A stretch of 64,000 nt of DNA from an uncultured Planctomycetota bacterium. Its GTDB lineage: Bacteria > Planctomycetota > Planctomycetia > Isosphaerales > Isosphaeraceae. The translations under genes were made by a program, and so were the position numbers. The notes beneath the pieces are model-generated. The model made no database searches. It saw only the letters and a program-made list of their open reading frames with translations, and was not told the DNA's origin. Below are positions 36,113 through 47,600 of the stretch, one piece after another. Every line of letters starts with the position of its first letter. Position 1 is the stretch's first letter. The DNA is taken from NCBI GenBank assembly GCA_963845755.1, contig CAWJTV010000032.1, positions 32,001-96,000 on the forward strand, in the 5' to 3' direction.

Positions 36113-36901
36113 GTGCCATCACCCTTTCCCGGCATGAACCCGTACCTCGAGCGGGATGCGATCTGGCAGGATTTCCACCTGGCATTCCTGCCGGAGATCC
36201 GCGAGCGTCTGGTCGCGCAGGTCCGGCCGAACTACATCGTCATGATCGACGAGCATGTCCATGTCCACGAGCTGCCCGACGCACCGCGGCAGTTGGTCGG
36301 CCGCGGCGATATCTCGGTTGCGGAGCGCGGGTGGCCCCGTGCGGGAGGTGAAGAAGGCGGCGATGTGGCGGTCGAAGTCCTCGAACTGGAAGCCCCTAGC
36401 GAGGTCCTCCTCGTCGCCGAGGAAATCCAACACGTGCCGTTCCTGGAAGTCCGGGATCGCCAGAGCCGCAAGCTGATCACGGTCATCGAGCTGCTCAGCC
36501 CGTCCAACAAGCGCGGCGGACGGGATCGTGAGCAGTACGTGGCCAAGCGCGGCCACGTTCTCGCCGGCGAAGCCCACTTCGTGGAGATCGATCTGCTTCG
36601 AGGCGGCCGGCCGATGCCCCTGGAAAACCGTCCCGACTGCGACTACTCCGTCCTGGTCAGCCGGGCTGAGATCCGCCTCAGGGCCGGCTTCTGGCCGATC
36701 GGGCTTCGCGAGCGACTGCCGGTCATCCCGATCCCGCTGCGCCAACCGGGGGAACGAGCCCGGATCGACCTCCAGGAGATCCTCGATCACGTCTACGACG
36801 TGTCCGGCTACGCGGATTTCCTCTACGAGGGTCAGCCCGAGCCGCGACTCGCGCCTAAAGATGCCGCCTGGGCGCAGCCGTTCGTGCCGGCGAATTCGTG
36901 A
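36113..36901 (+). CDS. DUF4058 family protein
   Basis: PSPFPGMNPYLE, VIELLSPSNK, VEIDLLRGG, IPIPL. Confidence 0.88.
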   Translation: MPSPFPGMNPYLERDAIWQDFHLAFLPEIRERLVAQVRPNYIVMIDEHVHVHELPDAPRQLVGRGDISVAERGWPRAGGEEGGDVAVEVLELEAPSEVLLVAEEIQHVPFLEVRDRQSRKLITVIELLSPSNKRGGRDREQYVAKRGHVLAGEAHFVEIDLLRGGRPMPLENRPDCDYSVLVSRAEIRLRAGFWPIGLRERLPVIPIPLRQPGERARIDLQEILDHVYDVSGYADFLYEGQPEPRLAPKDAAWAQPFVPANS

Positions 36902-36956
36902 ACAGAACGCCGATGTCTCACCGCCTCGATGATGGCACCCGAGATTCCTTCAACAA

Positions 36957-38655
36957 CTAACTGCCTGGCTTGATCGGCAGCTTGATCTCGCCCACGTGCT
37001 TGACCTGCCCGGCCGTGACTTCGACCGTCATACCGCTTCCCAATCCCGGCGTGGCATATCCTGCTCTTTCCTGCCAGATGACGAGCTTCTGGGGCCCAGG
37101 CGGCACTCCTTCGATTTCGAAGGAGCCATCAGCGGCCGTCGTGGTGAAGAACGGGTGATCGAAGACCATCACATAGCTCTTCATCCAGGGATGTATGTCG
37201 CAGGCCATCTTGATCGGGTGCCGTTCGGCGGCCAGCTTCAGCGCAAGCTTGCCCTGCGGTGTGAGCGTCCGATTCGTACTTTCGTTGGTGAATGCCGAGA
37301 CCCGAACATTGTGGTTGATCGCATCGCTCGACTTGATGACCAGGGTTTGGTCTTGATGCATTGGCAAGACATAAGGCTGGAATTCACAGTTCAACTGGTC
37401 GAGCTCGGTCGTCGGATGCTGGGCGATCAGGTTCTTGACTGCCTGGGGGTTGTTCCCCTTCGGTCGAAGAAGATAGGCGATTCCATACGAAACGCCTTTC
37501 GTCTTGGGATCGACGACCAGCTCGCGAGACAGGATGGCGCTGTTCTTTGCGCAGACATTCGGATCCTTCGACGCTTTTCCTGCGGCTTCGAGTACGAGGG
37601 GCGGTGGCAAGTCGTCGCCGCCCCAGACGAGCCGGCCCTTGATCGTTCCGAAGGGGTTCTCATCGGCCGGCCGGTGATCGGCTGGTGGATGGGGAAGGGT
37701 GTTGGAGGTGACCGCGGGGATTCGTCCGATATCCTGATCGCTTGCTGGGTTTCGCGTGCCGATCCAGAGGCCGCCCTCAACCGCGACTCCGGCAGCCGCG
37801 AAAACCAGCAGGACCGCGGCGGCGACCTTCAGCTTGACCGCGACCGCCGCGCGCAAGACCGCGTTCACCAGAGAAAGAGCTGATGCCGAGACCGCCCCGG
37901 CCTGCGACGCACTGCCCATCGCGAGCCGCGTCGCGGCCCGGACGGTCGCCGCGGTGAGCGGATCGGGGACGGCCGCCCGGGCTGCCTCGGTGGCCAGCAG
38001 CGCGACCATCGAGCCGGCCGTCGGAGCCAGGCCGCGGCGGACCAATCGGTCCTTCAACAGATCGCGACCCCGCGAGAGCCGCCCGCTGACCGTGCCGACC
38101 GGCCAGCGCAGCCGGTCCGCCGCCTCGGCGTGAGTCAGGCCCTCGAGATGACAGAGGACGACCGGAGCCCGGTACTTCTCGGGCAGCCGGCTCACTTCCT
38201 CGTCGAGCGCCGCCAGCAATCCCGATCCGATCGGCCGATGTCTCCGGGGCGATGGGTTCGACGGCGAGCGGGACAGAACGAGCTCGAGACCCCTCGGAGC
38301 GTGCCCGGGCCTTGGCCGCGACTCGCCGGGCCACACCATAGAGCCAACGGCCCAGCGAGTCACCCACCCGGACCGATCCCGCCCGGCGCACCAGCACGAG
38401 GAACGTGGCCTGAAAGGCGTCCTCGACGTCGTTCGGGTCGGCCAGGGCCCGCCGGCAGACGCCCAGGACCATCGGCCCATGCCGCGCCACCAGGGCCGCG
38501 AACGCCGCCTCGGCGGCGAGCGCCGCGTCCTCCGCCGCGGCGCTCTGAGCCGTGAATCGCTCCAAGAGCTCCGCGTCAGACAACCCCGCGACCACCCCCA
38601 CGCCAAACAGCGTGCGGACCTGATGCGGGAGACTGGACGATCGCGCGTTCGCCAT
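36957..38655 (-). CDS. ECF sigma factor with TM and extracytoplasmic carboxypeptidase-regulatory/cupredoxin-like domain; frameshift ~38225
   Basis: [31 protein letters not shown]-terminal CEFQP, CDIHPWM, DHPFF. Confidence 0.82.
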
Positions 38656-38824
38656 GACGGATCTCCGGGAAGAGCCCAATGATACTCTATCCCTACCATC
38701 CCGGCTGGCGGCGATCTCATACAAGTTTCTGCCGACTCGGGGCGGAATGTGCCCGAAGTCATGGCGCCGGCAAGAGAAAAGGCCGTGACCTCCCAGCGAA
38801 CGGAAGGCGTCACATCGCCCGGCA

Positions 38825-40690
38825 TCATCGCCAGTCCGGCATATCGGTCGTTCCCCCCTCGGGGATGTGGATCTCCGAGCCGTGGCCGCCGTCGAGATCC
38901 ATCACGACGACCTGGACCGGCTTCGGATTGATCCGCGCACTCGAATTCGTCGGGGCCAGAATGATCGCGATCCCCTTCCCATCGGGAGACCAGCAAGCCG
39001 AGGGAATCGTCTTGAAGTCGAGCGGTAGGACCAGCCGTCCATTCTTGCCGTCGATATCGACAACCCAGATGCCGGATTGCTTCCCGCGGACCCCGTCGGT
39101 ATAGAGCACGCGGCGCCCGTCGGGCGAGAACCGGGCGTAAAACGGATTCCCCTCCTCAGTGATCCGGCGCTGGTCCGTCCCGTCGGGTCGCATGACGTAG
39201 AGCTGCCAGCCGATCTTGGCGCCGCGATGCGAGGTGGTCAAGAGCCATCGGCCGTCGGAGGACCAATCCTGGACGCCGTCTTCGGGAGGGACCGGCAATT
39301 CCTCCCGGCCCGTGCCGTCGATGTTGAACCGCAGAGTCTTGTGGATCCAGCGAGGCTCCTCGCGATGGCCGAGACTGATAATGACCTGCTTCCCATCCGG
39401 CGACCAGACCGGGGGCGAGCCTGAGCTTGGGCCGCCCAGCCCGACGATCCTCCTGGGCTCGGCGTTCGGATCCAGCCCGCGGACCCAGAGTGCAGCTTTC
39501 GGTTCAAACGCCACCACCTTCCTCCCGGTGATCCCGGACAACGAGTGGTTCAGTGCGTCCCCGAGTGCGTCTTCTCGTTCAAACGCCACCGATTGGCCGT
39601 CCGGAGAGACCCGCGGCCTCATCGAACAACCGGCGAAGACGTCCGCCCTCGCCCCGGTGTTCGGGTCGAGGGCCATCAGCCAGCGAATGCTACCGCCAGT
39701 GCCGCGCGGATCCACACGGTCTACCGTGATGTAGATCTTGCCAGACCGCTCTCGTTTCGCGACCGGCGCGACCTGACCTTTCACCGGCGTGGCGGGAGTC
39801 GTTTGTCTCTCTCCCGGCATGCCCGCCGTGGCCCGCCACATCAGGCTACCAGCACTCGCGGCCGCGACCGCGATCATCGAGAGCGCCAGAACGATGAGTT
39901 TGAGTTTGTGCAGGAACATGACTTTCAAGACCTCCCTGGCCAGGACCGTGACGTGGGCCGAGTCCGCCCCGGCCCAGATCGTCGCGAGATTCGCGGTTGC
40001 TTTCATCAAGGCCGCCGGCACCGGTAGGTCGGGCGTGAGCGCAGCCCCGAGCACCAACGCGGACGAGGGGGCCAAGCCCCGTCGGATCAGCCGGGTCCGC
40101 AGCCGCTGGCGTCCCCGTGCCTGCCGGCTCTTGACCGTGCCGACCGGCAAGCCCAGATGTCGCGCGGCCTGCTCGTGAGTGCAACCCTCCAGGTCGCAAA
40201 GGACCAGCGGGGCCCGGTAATGCTCCGGCAACCGGTTGATCTCTTCGTGGACCACCGCCTCCAGGTCCCCCCAATCCTCGTCCTGATAGACGGCCAGCCT
40301 CCCCGCGGCCAGCCTGGCGTGGCGACGCTCGTGCCGACGCCGACGGATCGCCGCCGCGCGTGCACACGAGGCGACCCGGTAGGCGACGGAGTGAATCCAG
40401 GGACCGATCGAATCGCGCACCCAGAGCGATTGGGCTCTTCGTGCCAGGACAAGGAACGTGGCCTGGAAGGCGTCCTGCGCCTCGTGCTCGTCTCGCAGGA
40501 CCGACCGGCACAGACGCATCACAACCGGCCCGTGCCGCTCGACGAGCGCGGCGAAGGCGTGCTCGGACGCCTCTCCGCGACGGGTCGCGAACCGTTCAAG
40601 CAACTGCCCGTCCGTCGCCGCGCCGGTCACGCCCTCGTTGAAGAGCGTGGAAAGCTGACGCATAGAGGTGCCGTCGCGTAGGATCTTCAC
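38825..40690 (-). CDS. ECF sigma factor with C-terminal TolB/PD40 repeats
   Basis: HGPVVMRLCR, DAFQATFL, GTVKSRQARGR; repeated WSPDG/FSPDG. Start codon uncertain. Confidence 0.87.
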   Translation of the reverse strand: MKILRDGTSMRQLSTLFNEGVTGAATDGQLLERFATRRGEASEHAFAALVERHGPVVMRLCRSVLRDEHEAQDAFQATFLVLARRAQSLWVRDSIGPWIHSVAYRVASCARAAAIRRRRHERRHARLAAGRLAVYQDEDWGDLEAVVHEEINRLPEHYRAPLVLCDLEGCTHEQAARHLGLPVGTVKSRQARGRQRLRTRLIRRGLAPSSALVLGAALTPDLPVPAALMKATANLATIWAGADSAHVTVLAREVLKVMFLHKLKLIVLALSMIAVAAASAGSLMWRATAGMPGERQTTPATPVKGQVAPVAKRERSGKIYITVDRVDPRGTGGSIRWLMALDPNTGARADVFAGCSMRPRVSPDGQSVAFEREDALGDALNHSLSGITGRKVVAFEPKAALWVRGLDPNAEPRRIVGLGGPSSGSPPVWSPDGKQVIISLGHREEPRWIHKTLRFNIDGTGREELPVPPEDGVQDWSSDGRWLLTTSHRGAKIGWQLYVMRPDGTDQRRITEEGNPFYARFSPDGRRVLYTDGVRGKQSGIWVVDIDGKNGRLVLPLDFKTIPSACWSPDGKGIAIILAPTNSSARINPKPVQVVVMDLDGGHGSEIHIPEGGTTDMPDWR

Positions 40691-41270
40691 GAGCCGTGCC
40701 TCCGGATATAGCCTTTCCGCCTCGTCTTCTGGTGTAAATGTAACGGGGAACGGCCGTGGTTCCACGATTCTGGCGTTTTTCGGCTATCGGTCGGCTTCCA
40801 TGACCCATCCGCACACTGGCTCTCCAGCCAGTTCTGATCCGTGTGCCCGGATGATGTCCTGGTCTACGAACGGAGAGGCGGCAAAGGCGAGACGTTGATC
40901 ACCACGACCCGAAAGGACTTTCCGGTGATCGGGAATCCATCTGTTCCAGAAGCATCGACTCAAGGGAGCAGCTTGATATGACTTCGGCGTAAGTGCTGAC
41001 GCGCAGTCTTGCCCGACCTCGAGCCGCAGAGGATCAGCTTGTGGCCGTCGCGGTGCTGTGCTTCGAGTCGTTCGACGCGCACGGAAAGGCTCGGACGGCC
41101 GGGCGTTCAGGCTCGATTCGAGGCGCATCTTCCCCATGCCGACTCGCGAGTGCCAGAAGACGGCTCTCGACGTTACGCCTTTCGATGAAAACGGTATGAT
41201 AACAAGAGGACTCGCGGTTTGCCGATCGCGGCCTCCCACTCCTATCGCATCGCTTCGAGGAGCGGAAACC

Positions 41271-41720
41271 ATGGCCAAGAAAGCGAAGAAGCCGCCCGAA
41301 GTTTGGTTGGGCTTCAAATATCATTCGCCGAATATTCCCATGTCGGCGATTCGTCGCTATGCGCGCCAGATCGCCGAGACGTTCCAGCCGGACAAGATCA
41401 TTCTGTTCGGCTCGTATGCTTATGGCCAGCCGCATGAATGGAGTGATGTGGACATCCTCGTGGTGATGCCTGCGTACAATCAGATCAGCAAGGCTCTTCG
41501 GATCATCAATACACTTGAGGCGCCCTTCGCGTTGGAACTGATTGTGCGAACTCCCAAGCGACTCCGACGTGATTGGGAGGATGGGGACTGGTTCCTGCGT
41601 GAGATTCTGGCTAAGGGAAAAGTCCTTTATGAAAAGGCTGACGGCGAAGTGGGTACGAAAGGCGGAGGACGACCTGATCGGCGCAAGAAGACTGGAGCAG
41701 GACAAGCCCCCACTTCATGA
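41271..41720 (+). CDS. Minimal nucleotidyltransferase (MNT antitoxin)
   Basis: KIILFGSYAYG...SDVDILVV; ILAKGKVLYE. Confidence 0.87.
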   Translation: MAKKAKKPPEVWLGFKYHSPNIPMSAIRRYARQIAETFQPDKIILFGSYAYGQPHEWSDVDILVVMPAYNQISKALRIINTLEAPFALELIVRTPKRLRRDWEDGDWFLREILAKGKVLYEKADGEVGTKGGGRPDRRKKTGAGQAPTS

Positions 41721-42012
41721 TCTGGCGTGCTTCCACTGCCAGCGGTCGGCGGAGAAGTACCTCAAGGCACTTCTCCAGGAATGGGGCCTGACACCACCAC
41801 GGACCCATGATTTGGTGGCTCTGCTCGATCTGATTCTGCCACGCGATGCAACCCTGCGCCGCCTTCGTCGGTCGCTGAAGACACTTACTCAGTAGGCTGT
41901 CGATATTCGTTATCCTGAAGAAAGGGTTTTCAGAAGAGAAGCACACTCCGCCCTCCGCCATTCGGAGAAGGTCCGGCAGCAGATCCGCGCTCGGCTCGGA
42001 TTGGCACCCTGA
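41629..42012 (+). pseudogene. HEPN domain protein with internal TAG at 41893
   Basis: WVRKAEDDL, CFHCQRSAEKYLKA, RTHDL; the frame continues after TAG as AVDIRYP...ARLGLAP*. Confidence 0.8.
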
Positions 42013-42039
42013 CTGAACCTCAGAATGGGTGGGGTTGAC

Positions 42040-42537
42040 TCATCGCCGTCTCTGATAGATCCGGTACCGGGCACCGGGATTGTGCACATCGCTCGGCCAG
42101 GACTCCTCGTGAACGATCTCCCAATCCGAAGAGTCCAGCATCTTGATGGGGAAGAACGTGTCTCCGTCGAACTCGCCTTCCACGATGGTGAGATAGATCT
42201 TCTTGCACTGGGGCATGAGTGCCTCGAAGACCTCGCTTCCTCCGATGACGAAGGCTTCTTCCGCGCCTTGCGATTCGGCCAGGGCGAGCGCCTCGTCCGG
42301 GGTGCGGGCAATCAGGCAGCCGCTTGCACGATAATCGGGCTGCCGGGTCAGGACGATGTTGGTTCGTCCCGGTAATGTCCGGCCCAGGGACTCATGGGTC
42401 TTTCGGCCCATGATGATCGGCTTGCCCCAGGTGACGGCGCGGAATCGCTTCAGGTCCGCGGGGAGCACCCAGGGGAGTTTCCCCTCGCGACCGATGACGC
42501 CATCCTTGCCGACGGCCGCAATCACCGAGACGATCAC
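42040..42537 (-). CDS. folA: Dihydrofolate reductase
   Basis: VIGREGKLPW, DLKRF, IMGRKT, LPGRTNIVLT, IGG, GDTFFP. Confidence 0.95.
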   Translation of the reverse strand: MIVSVIAAVGKDGVIGREGKLPWVLPADLKRFRAVTWGKPIIMGRKTHESLGRTLPGRTNIVLTRQPDYRASGCLIARTPDEALALAESQGAEEAFVIGGSEVFEALMPQCKKIYLTIVEGEFDGDTFFPIKMLDSSDWEIVHEESWPSDVHNPGARYRIYQRRR

Positions 42538-42727
42538 GACGCAGCCCCCCGGAGCGGCTCACGAATGCGTTGTATAGAGTACAATATTAGTGTAAACATT
42601 AATATATCTTATTTCTAATATTGGCTATGATGGATTGAGGGTTCGGTTGTCACACCTGTTCTTCCAACTGTTATCAGGTGCACGGCCCTCGACCGCCCCG
42701 ATGCGCGCACCTCGATCGTGGGGCGCC

Positions 42728-43562
42728 CTAGACAGCCACTTCGCCGCGCAACGGCGGGTGCGATTGGTACCCGATCAACTGGATCTGCTCTCGCTCGATC
42801 GTAGCCAGGTCCTCGATGCGGGGGTCGAGCTCGAGCCTCGGCAGGTCCAGAGGTTCCCGCCCGAGCTGCTCGTCAACCTGCTCGAGATGGTTCGAGTAGA
42901 TATGCGCATCGCCGAATGTGTGGACGAACTCCCCGACGCCGAGATGGGTCACGTGTGCCACCAGGTGAGTCAACAGCGCGTAGCTCGCGATGTTGAACGG
43001 CACGCCCAGGAAGAGATCGGCCGAGCGCTGGTAGAGCTGGCAAGACAGTTTTCCCGCCGTCACGCTGAACTGGAAGAGCGTATGGCAGGGCGGAAAGCGC
43101 CATCTCGGCGATCTCGGCCGGATTCCAGGCGGAGACGATCAGGCGACGCCCGACGGATGCGGTCGGGTCGTCGACGAGAGTCCGGATCCCGTGGAGCACG
43201 TACGCGATCTGATCGATGATTCGCCCATCCGGCGCGGCCCAGGAACGCCACTGCTTGCCGTAAACCGGCCCGAGTTCCCCGTCCGGGTCCGCCCACTCGT
43301 CCCAGATGGTAACGCCGTGCTCCTTGAGGTAGCGGATGTTGGTCGATCCGCGGAGGAACCAGATCAGCTCGTGGACGATCGCGTTGAAGCCCACGCGCTT
43401 GGTCGTGACGAGGGGGAACCCCTCATTCAAATCGAAGCGGATTTGCCGTCCGAAGACGCTGAGCGCGTCGATCTTCTTCCCGGTCGAGCGGAGGACCGCC
43501 CTCGTCGGCTTCCGGTCCCCGTGGTCGCGAACGTCTCGCAGCAGTTCCAGGTACGGCCTCAT
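42728..43562 (-). CDS. thyA: Thymidylate synthase; one extra T in the codons for MALPPCH (~43095)
   Basis: [56 protein letters not shown]. Confidence 0.95.
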
Positions 43563-43657
43563 CCCATCCCCCTGGACGGCTGCGCCGGCGATTCGCCCGA
43601 TCCCGCAGGGACTCGAACACCTTCGAGGCTGGTTCCACTCTACCATACGTTTGGCCC

Positions 43658-44630
43658 TCACTGTGACCACTCGGTCGGCGTCCGGTCCCAGCGATGGGCC
43701 TTGAGCTGTTCCATCAAGGAGGGAGCGAGAGGCTGGCCATCGCTGGCGGCGATGTTGGCCTCGACGTTCCGGACCTTCCGCATGCCCGGAATAATCGTGG
43801 AGACCGTCGGATCCGCCAGGATCCACCGCAGGGCCAGCTCGGGCATCGACATTCCGGGCGGCACGAGCGGCCGGAGCGCTTCCGCCCGGTCGACGCTCGG
43901 CACCAGGTTCTCCGGGACGAAATAGCTATCTGCGCCAGTCTCCCTCGGGCCAGCGAGTCTCCTTGGTCAACGTGCCGGTCAGGGTCCCTTCGTCGAAGGG
44001 TACGCGCGCGATCACGCCGAGGTTCAGCTCGCGACAGAGCGGGAACAGTTCGTCCTGGGGCGCCTGGTCGAAGATGTTGTAGATGACCTGGACCGCGTCG
44101 ATCAGGCCGGTCCGCAGGGTGTCGAGGCCGTTGGCCGGCTCCCAGCGATTCACGCTGATTCCCACGGCGCGGACCAGTGCCTGCCGCTTCAGGTCGTCCA
44201 TCGCGCGCTGCCAGCGCTCATCATGAGCCCAGGCGTCTTCCCAGACGTGGAACTGGAGGAGATCGATCCGCGTCAATTCCAGGTTCCGCAGGCTCTTCTC
44301 GGCATATTCCCGGATATAGTCGGGGGGGAAGCAGTCGTCGAGGTGGAACCCGCGTCGCGAAGGCCAGGTCCGGTTCCTGGGCGGCACCTTGGTCGCGACG
44401 AAGAGCTGCTTCTCCGGATGGTTGCGAACCAGGCTGCCAAGAAGTCGTTCGCTGCGCCCATCGCCATAGGCCCACGCCGTGTCGAAGAAGTTGCAGCCGA
44501 GCTGGACGGCCCGATCGAGCGCGGCCGAGATCTCCGCGTCGTCCGAACCGCTCCAGCCCCCCATACCCCACATCCCATAGCCGATCTCGCTGACCGACCA
44601 ACCGGTCCGGCCGAATGTACGATACCGCAT
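43658..44630 (-). CDS. Aldo/keto reductase; frameshift ~43930
   Basis: [39 protein letters not shown]. Confidence 0.9.
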
Positions 44631-44643
44631 GATCCGTTGTCCT

Positions 44644-47600
44644 TTATTTCGACTTCGGTTCGATCAAGGTCTCGGCCTCGTGGTGAAGAGACTCCCAGCT
44701 CACCCACTCTCCCGAGAAGTCGGAACCGCCGGCATCGCGCTGCCGCGCCCGATACCGGCCGGCTCGTGCTTTCGAGCGAGCGAGTTCCTGACGTGCCTCC
44801 GAAGCGTGGCCGAGTCGGAATTGAGTCATCGCCCGGAGTGGCTCATACCACAACGGTGCCTCATGCTCGTGCGGCCGCAGTCGCTCCAGCGTCGCGAATG
44901 CGGATTCCCATTTCGCGGCCCGATATTGAGCCAGGGCCATCGCGGCCGGGTCGGCAGCGATCTGGAGCGATTCGGCCGGCAGGGCTCGATCCATCAGCTC
45001 CAGGAGTCGGTCCGCCTGCGACGGAGGCGCCTGGACGAGTCCGACGACTGCGGAGGTGGACCGCGCCAGCCCCCAGTAGGGTTCCTGTTCCAAAGATTCG
45101 AGCATCCGCGAGCACAGGCTTCGATAGCGTTGGAGATCGTTCCGCAGCAGGAGGAGACGCGCGAAGGAGAGCCAGGCGCCGCCTTCATCCGGTTCGCCAC
45201 TGGCCAGCCATCGCGCGTAATCCCGGTCGGCTAGATCATACTGCCCGAGCCGAAGGTAAAGCGATGCGCGGCGTTTGAGCGAGCCGAAGTCCGGAGGTTC
45301 CCCCTCGCGAACCCGGGCCATGTGGAACGCCACGGCCGTCTTTTGACCGTGAGAGAGGGCCTGCTCGGCCATGGCCAGATGCCAGCCGAAGACCCGAGAT
45401 TCGGCGGCATCCCGGCGCGCGTCCGTTGACATCGGTTGTTCCGACCCATTCCAGACGCTGATGCTCCCGTCCCAGTTCGTGCTGGCGAGCCGACTCCCAT
45501 CGGGGCTCCAGGCGATCAACGGGTTGAACCCGCCGTCGAGCGTGCGATGCGGAGCGCCTCGGAGGAGGAGCACCTCGCGGCCTTCGGCGACGTCCCGGAT
45601 CTCGACGCCCGTCCGGCTCACTCCCGCCAGGATCCGCCCATCGGGGCTGAACGCGAGGCGGTATAGCAGATCGTCCCACTCGTTCGTCCGATGACTCGCC
45701 CCGGTCCGGGTGTCCCAGATCCAGACCTCGCCGACCTTGTCGGCGGCGCGCGTCTCCTGGGATTCGCTCGCCGCCAGGCGCCGCCCATCCTCGCTGAAGG
45801 CGAGGCCGTAGACGACCCCCGAATTGGATAGGGGCAGCCGTGACACTTCGCGTCCACCTGGGACTTCGCAGACCCGGACGAAGACGCGTGGCGTTCCCAG
45901 CGGCTCGTTGGTCTTGGGATCGATGGCGGCATCCTCGTAATCGTCGAACGCGACGCGTTGTCCTGGCGCGTCCAGGGCCACGTGTCCGTGGGTGTAGGGC
46001 GTCGCCGCGAGGCTCGCGGGTATCGAGGCCAGGGCTTGCCCCGTGCCGGCATCCCAGACGACCACCTCGCGCCGATCCCGGGATCGTTCTCCCCCGGTTG
46101 CGGCGATCCGGCTGCCGTCGTGGTTGACGGCCAGGGCCGTGGCGTCCACGGAGAGCCCCTTGAACGTGAGGAGGTGGCGGCCGCTTTCCGCGTCCCAGAG
46201 CTGGATCATCCGCCGATCGTCGGCGATGGTGGCCAGTCGTCGGCCATCGCCCGAGAATTCCGCCAGCACTGCGGGGGTCAGCCACTTCTGGGTGACCTCC
46301 ACGTGCCTCCCGACCGCGGTCCGGCCGCTCGCGGTCTCGCGATGCTTGAGACGTCCTTCGGCTCCGACCAGTTTGAGGGAGCGGCCATCCGCGTCCAACT
46401 TCATGGCGGCGAGGTATTCCTCGGGGAGCGAGAGATGGTCCTGGTCGCGGGTGAGATCCCAGAGCTTGAGTTCGGCGGAGAGCTGGCCGCCCGAGAGGAG
46501 CGACCAGCCTGCTGGATGATAGGCAACGCACCCGACCAGGGCGCGGTGTCCGCGCAAGATGGCTCGTTCCGCGCCGGTTTGCACATCCCAGAGCCGGATG
46601 GTCGAGTCGACGCCGGCCGTCGCGATCTCGCGGCCGTCCGGGCTGAAGGCGACGCCCGGTACGCTCCCGTCGTGGCCGCTGAGCGGGAAGAGGGCGACGC
46701 CCGTATTCGTATCCCAGGCGCGGGGTGGATTGGTCGCGACGACCACGAGCCGCCCGTCCGGGCTGAACGCCAGCGCGGGCCCCTCGTCGCCGAACATCCG
46801 TCGGGAGCGATCTTCGGGTTCACTCGGGCCGTGCGGCAATCGTCGGACCTCGTGGCCGGATTCCCGATCGCGCAACTCGACGGCGTCCGGGCCGCTGATG
46901 GCCACCATCACGCCTCCCGGGTGGAATGTCACCCGTCCGCTGCATGAGGGGAAGTCGCGGATCCGGGCGCCGGTCGACGGATCCCAGAAGACCACGCGAT
47001 CCTTCGCGCAGGAAGCCAGCGTCTTCCCATCCGGGCTGAATGTGAAGGTCCCGCTACGTTCCCAGGAGTGGAGCGCGTTTCCGGTCGTCGTGTCCCAAAG
47101 CTGGGCCCCATCGGGACCGCTCGTGACCAGGAGCCGGCCGTCGGGGCTGAAGGCGAGTCGGATGGTCGGTCCGGATCCGGCAAAGGACCCAAGCCGTCGT
47201 CGCGTGGCCGTGTCCCAGACCTCGACGGGATTCGGTTCGCCGGCCGGTGTCGAACCGAAAGGATTGAAGCCGGCAAGAGCAAACCGTTTCCCGTCGGGTG
47301 AAAAGGCGACCGTATTGATATAAGTCGCGGAGGGGAGATCGAAGGAAAAGAGCTCGGAGTGGTCGAGGTTATTCAGGTAATGCCATTCCCAGCCGCGGCG
47401 CGACGGCTCGCAACGATCCAGGAGCCGGCGGGCATTGGAGGCGTTGTTGAGACGCCACTCCAGTCGTGCCTGAGAAAAACGGCTATCGTACAGGTTCTGG
47501 AGTGCCTGGGCCCGCTCCCGGGCCTCGTCGCGGGCTTTTCCCTCGGCCCGCCGCCACTGGCTGGCGACGCCGAGGAAGCCCGCGACCACGGCGAGCACCA

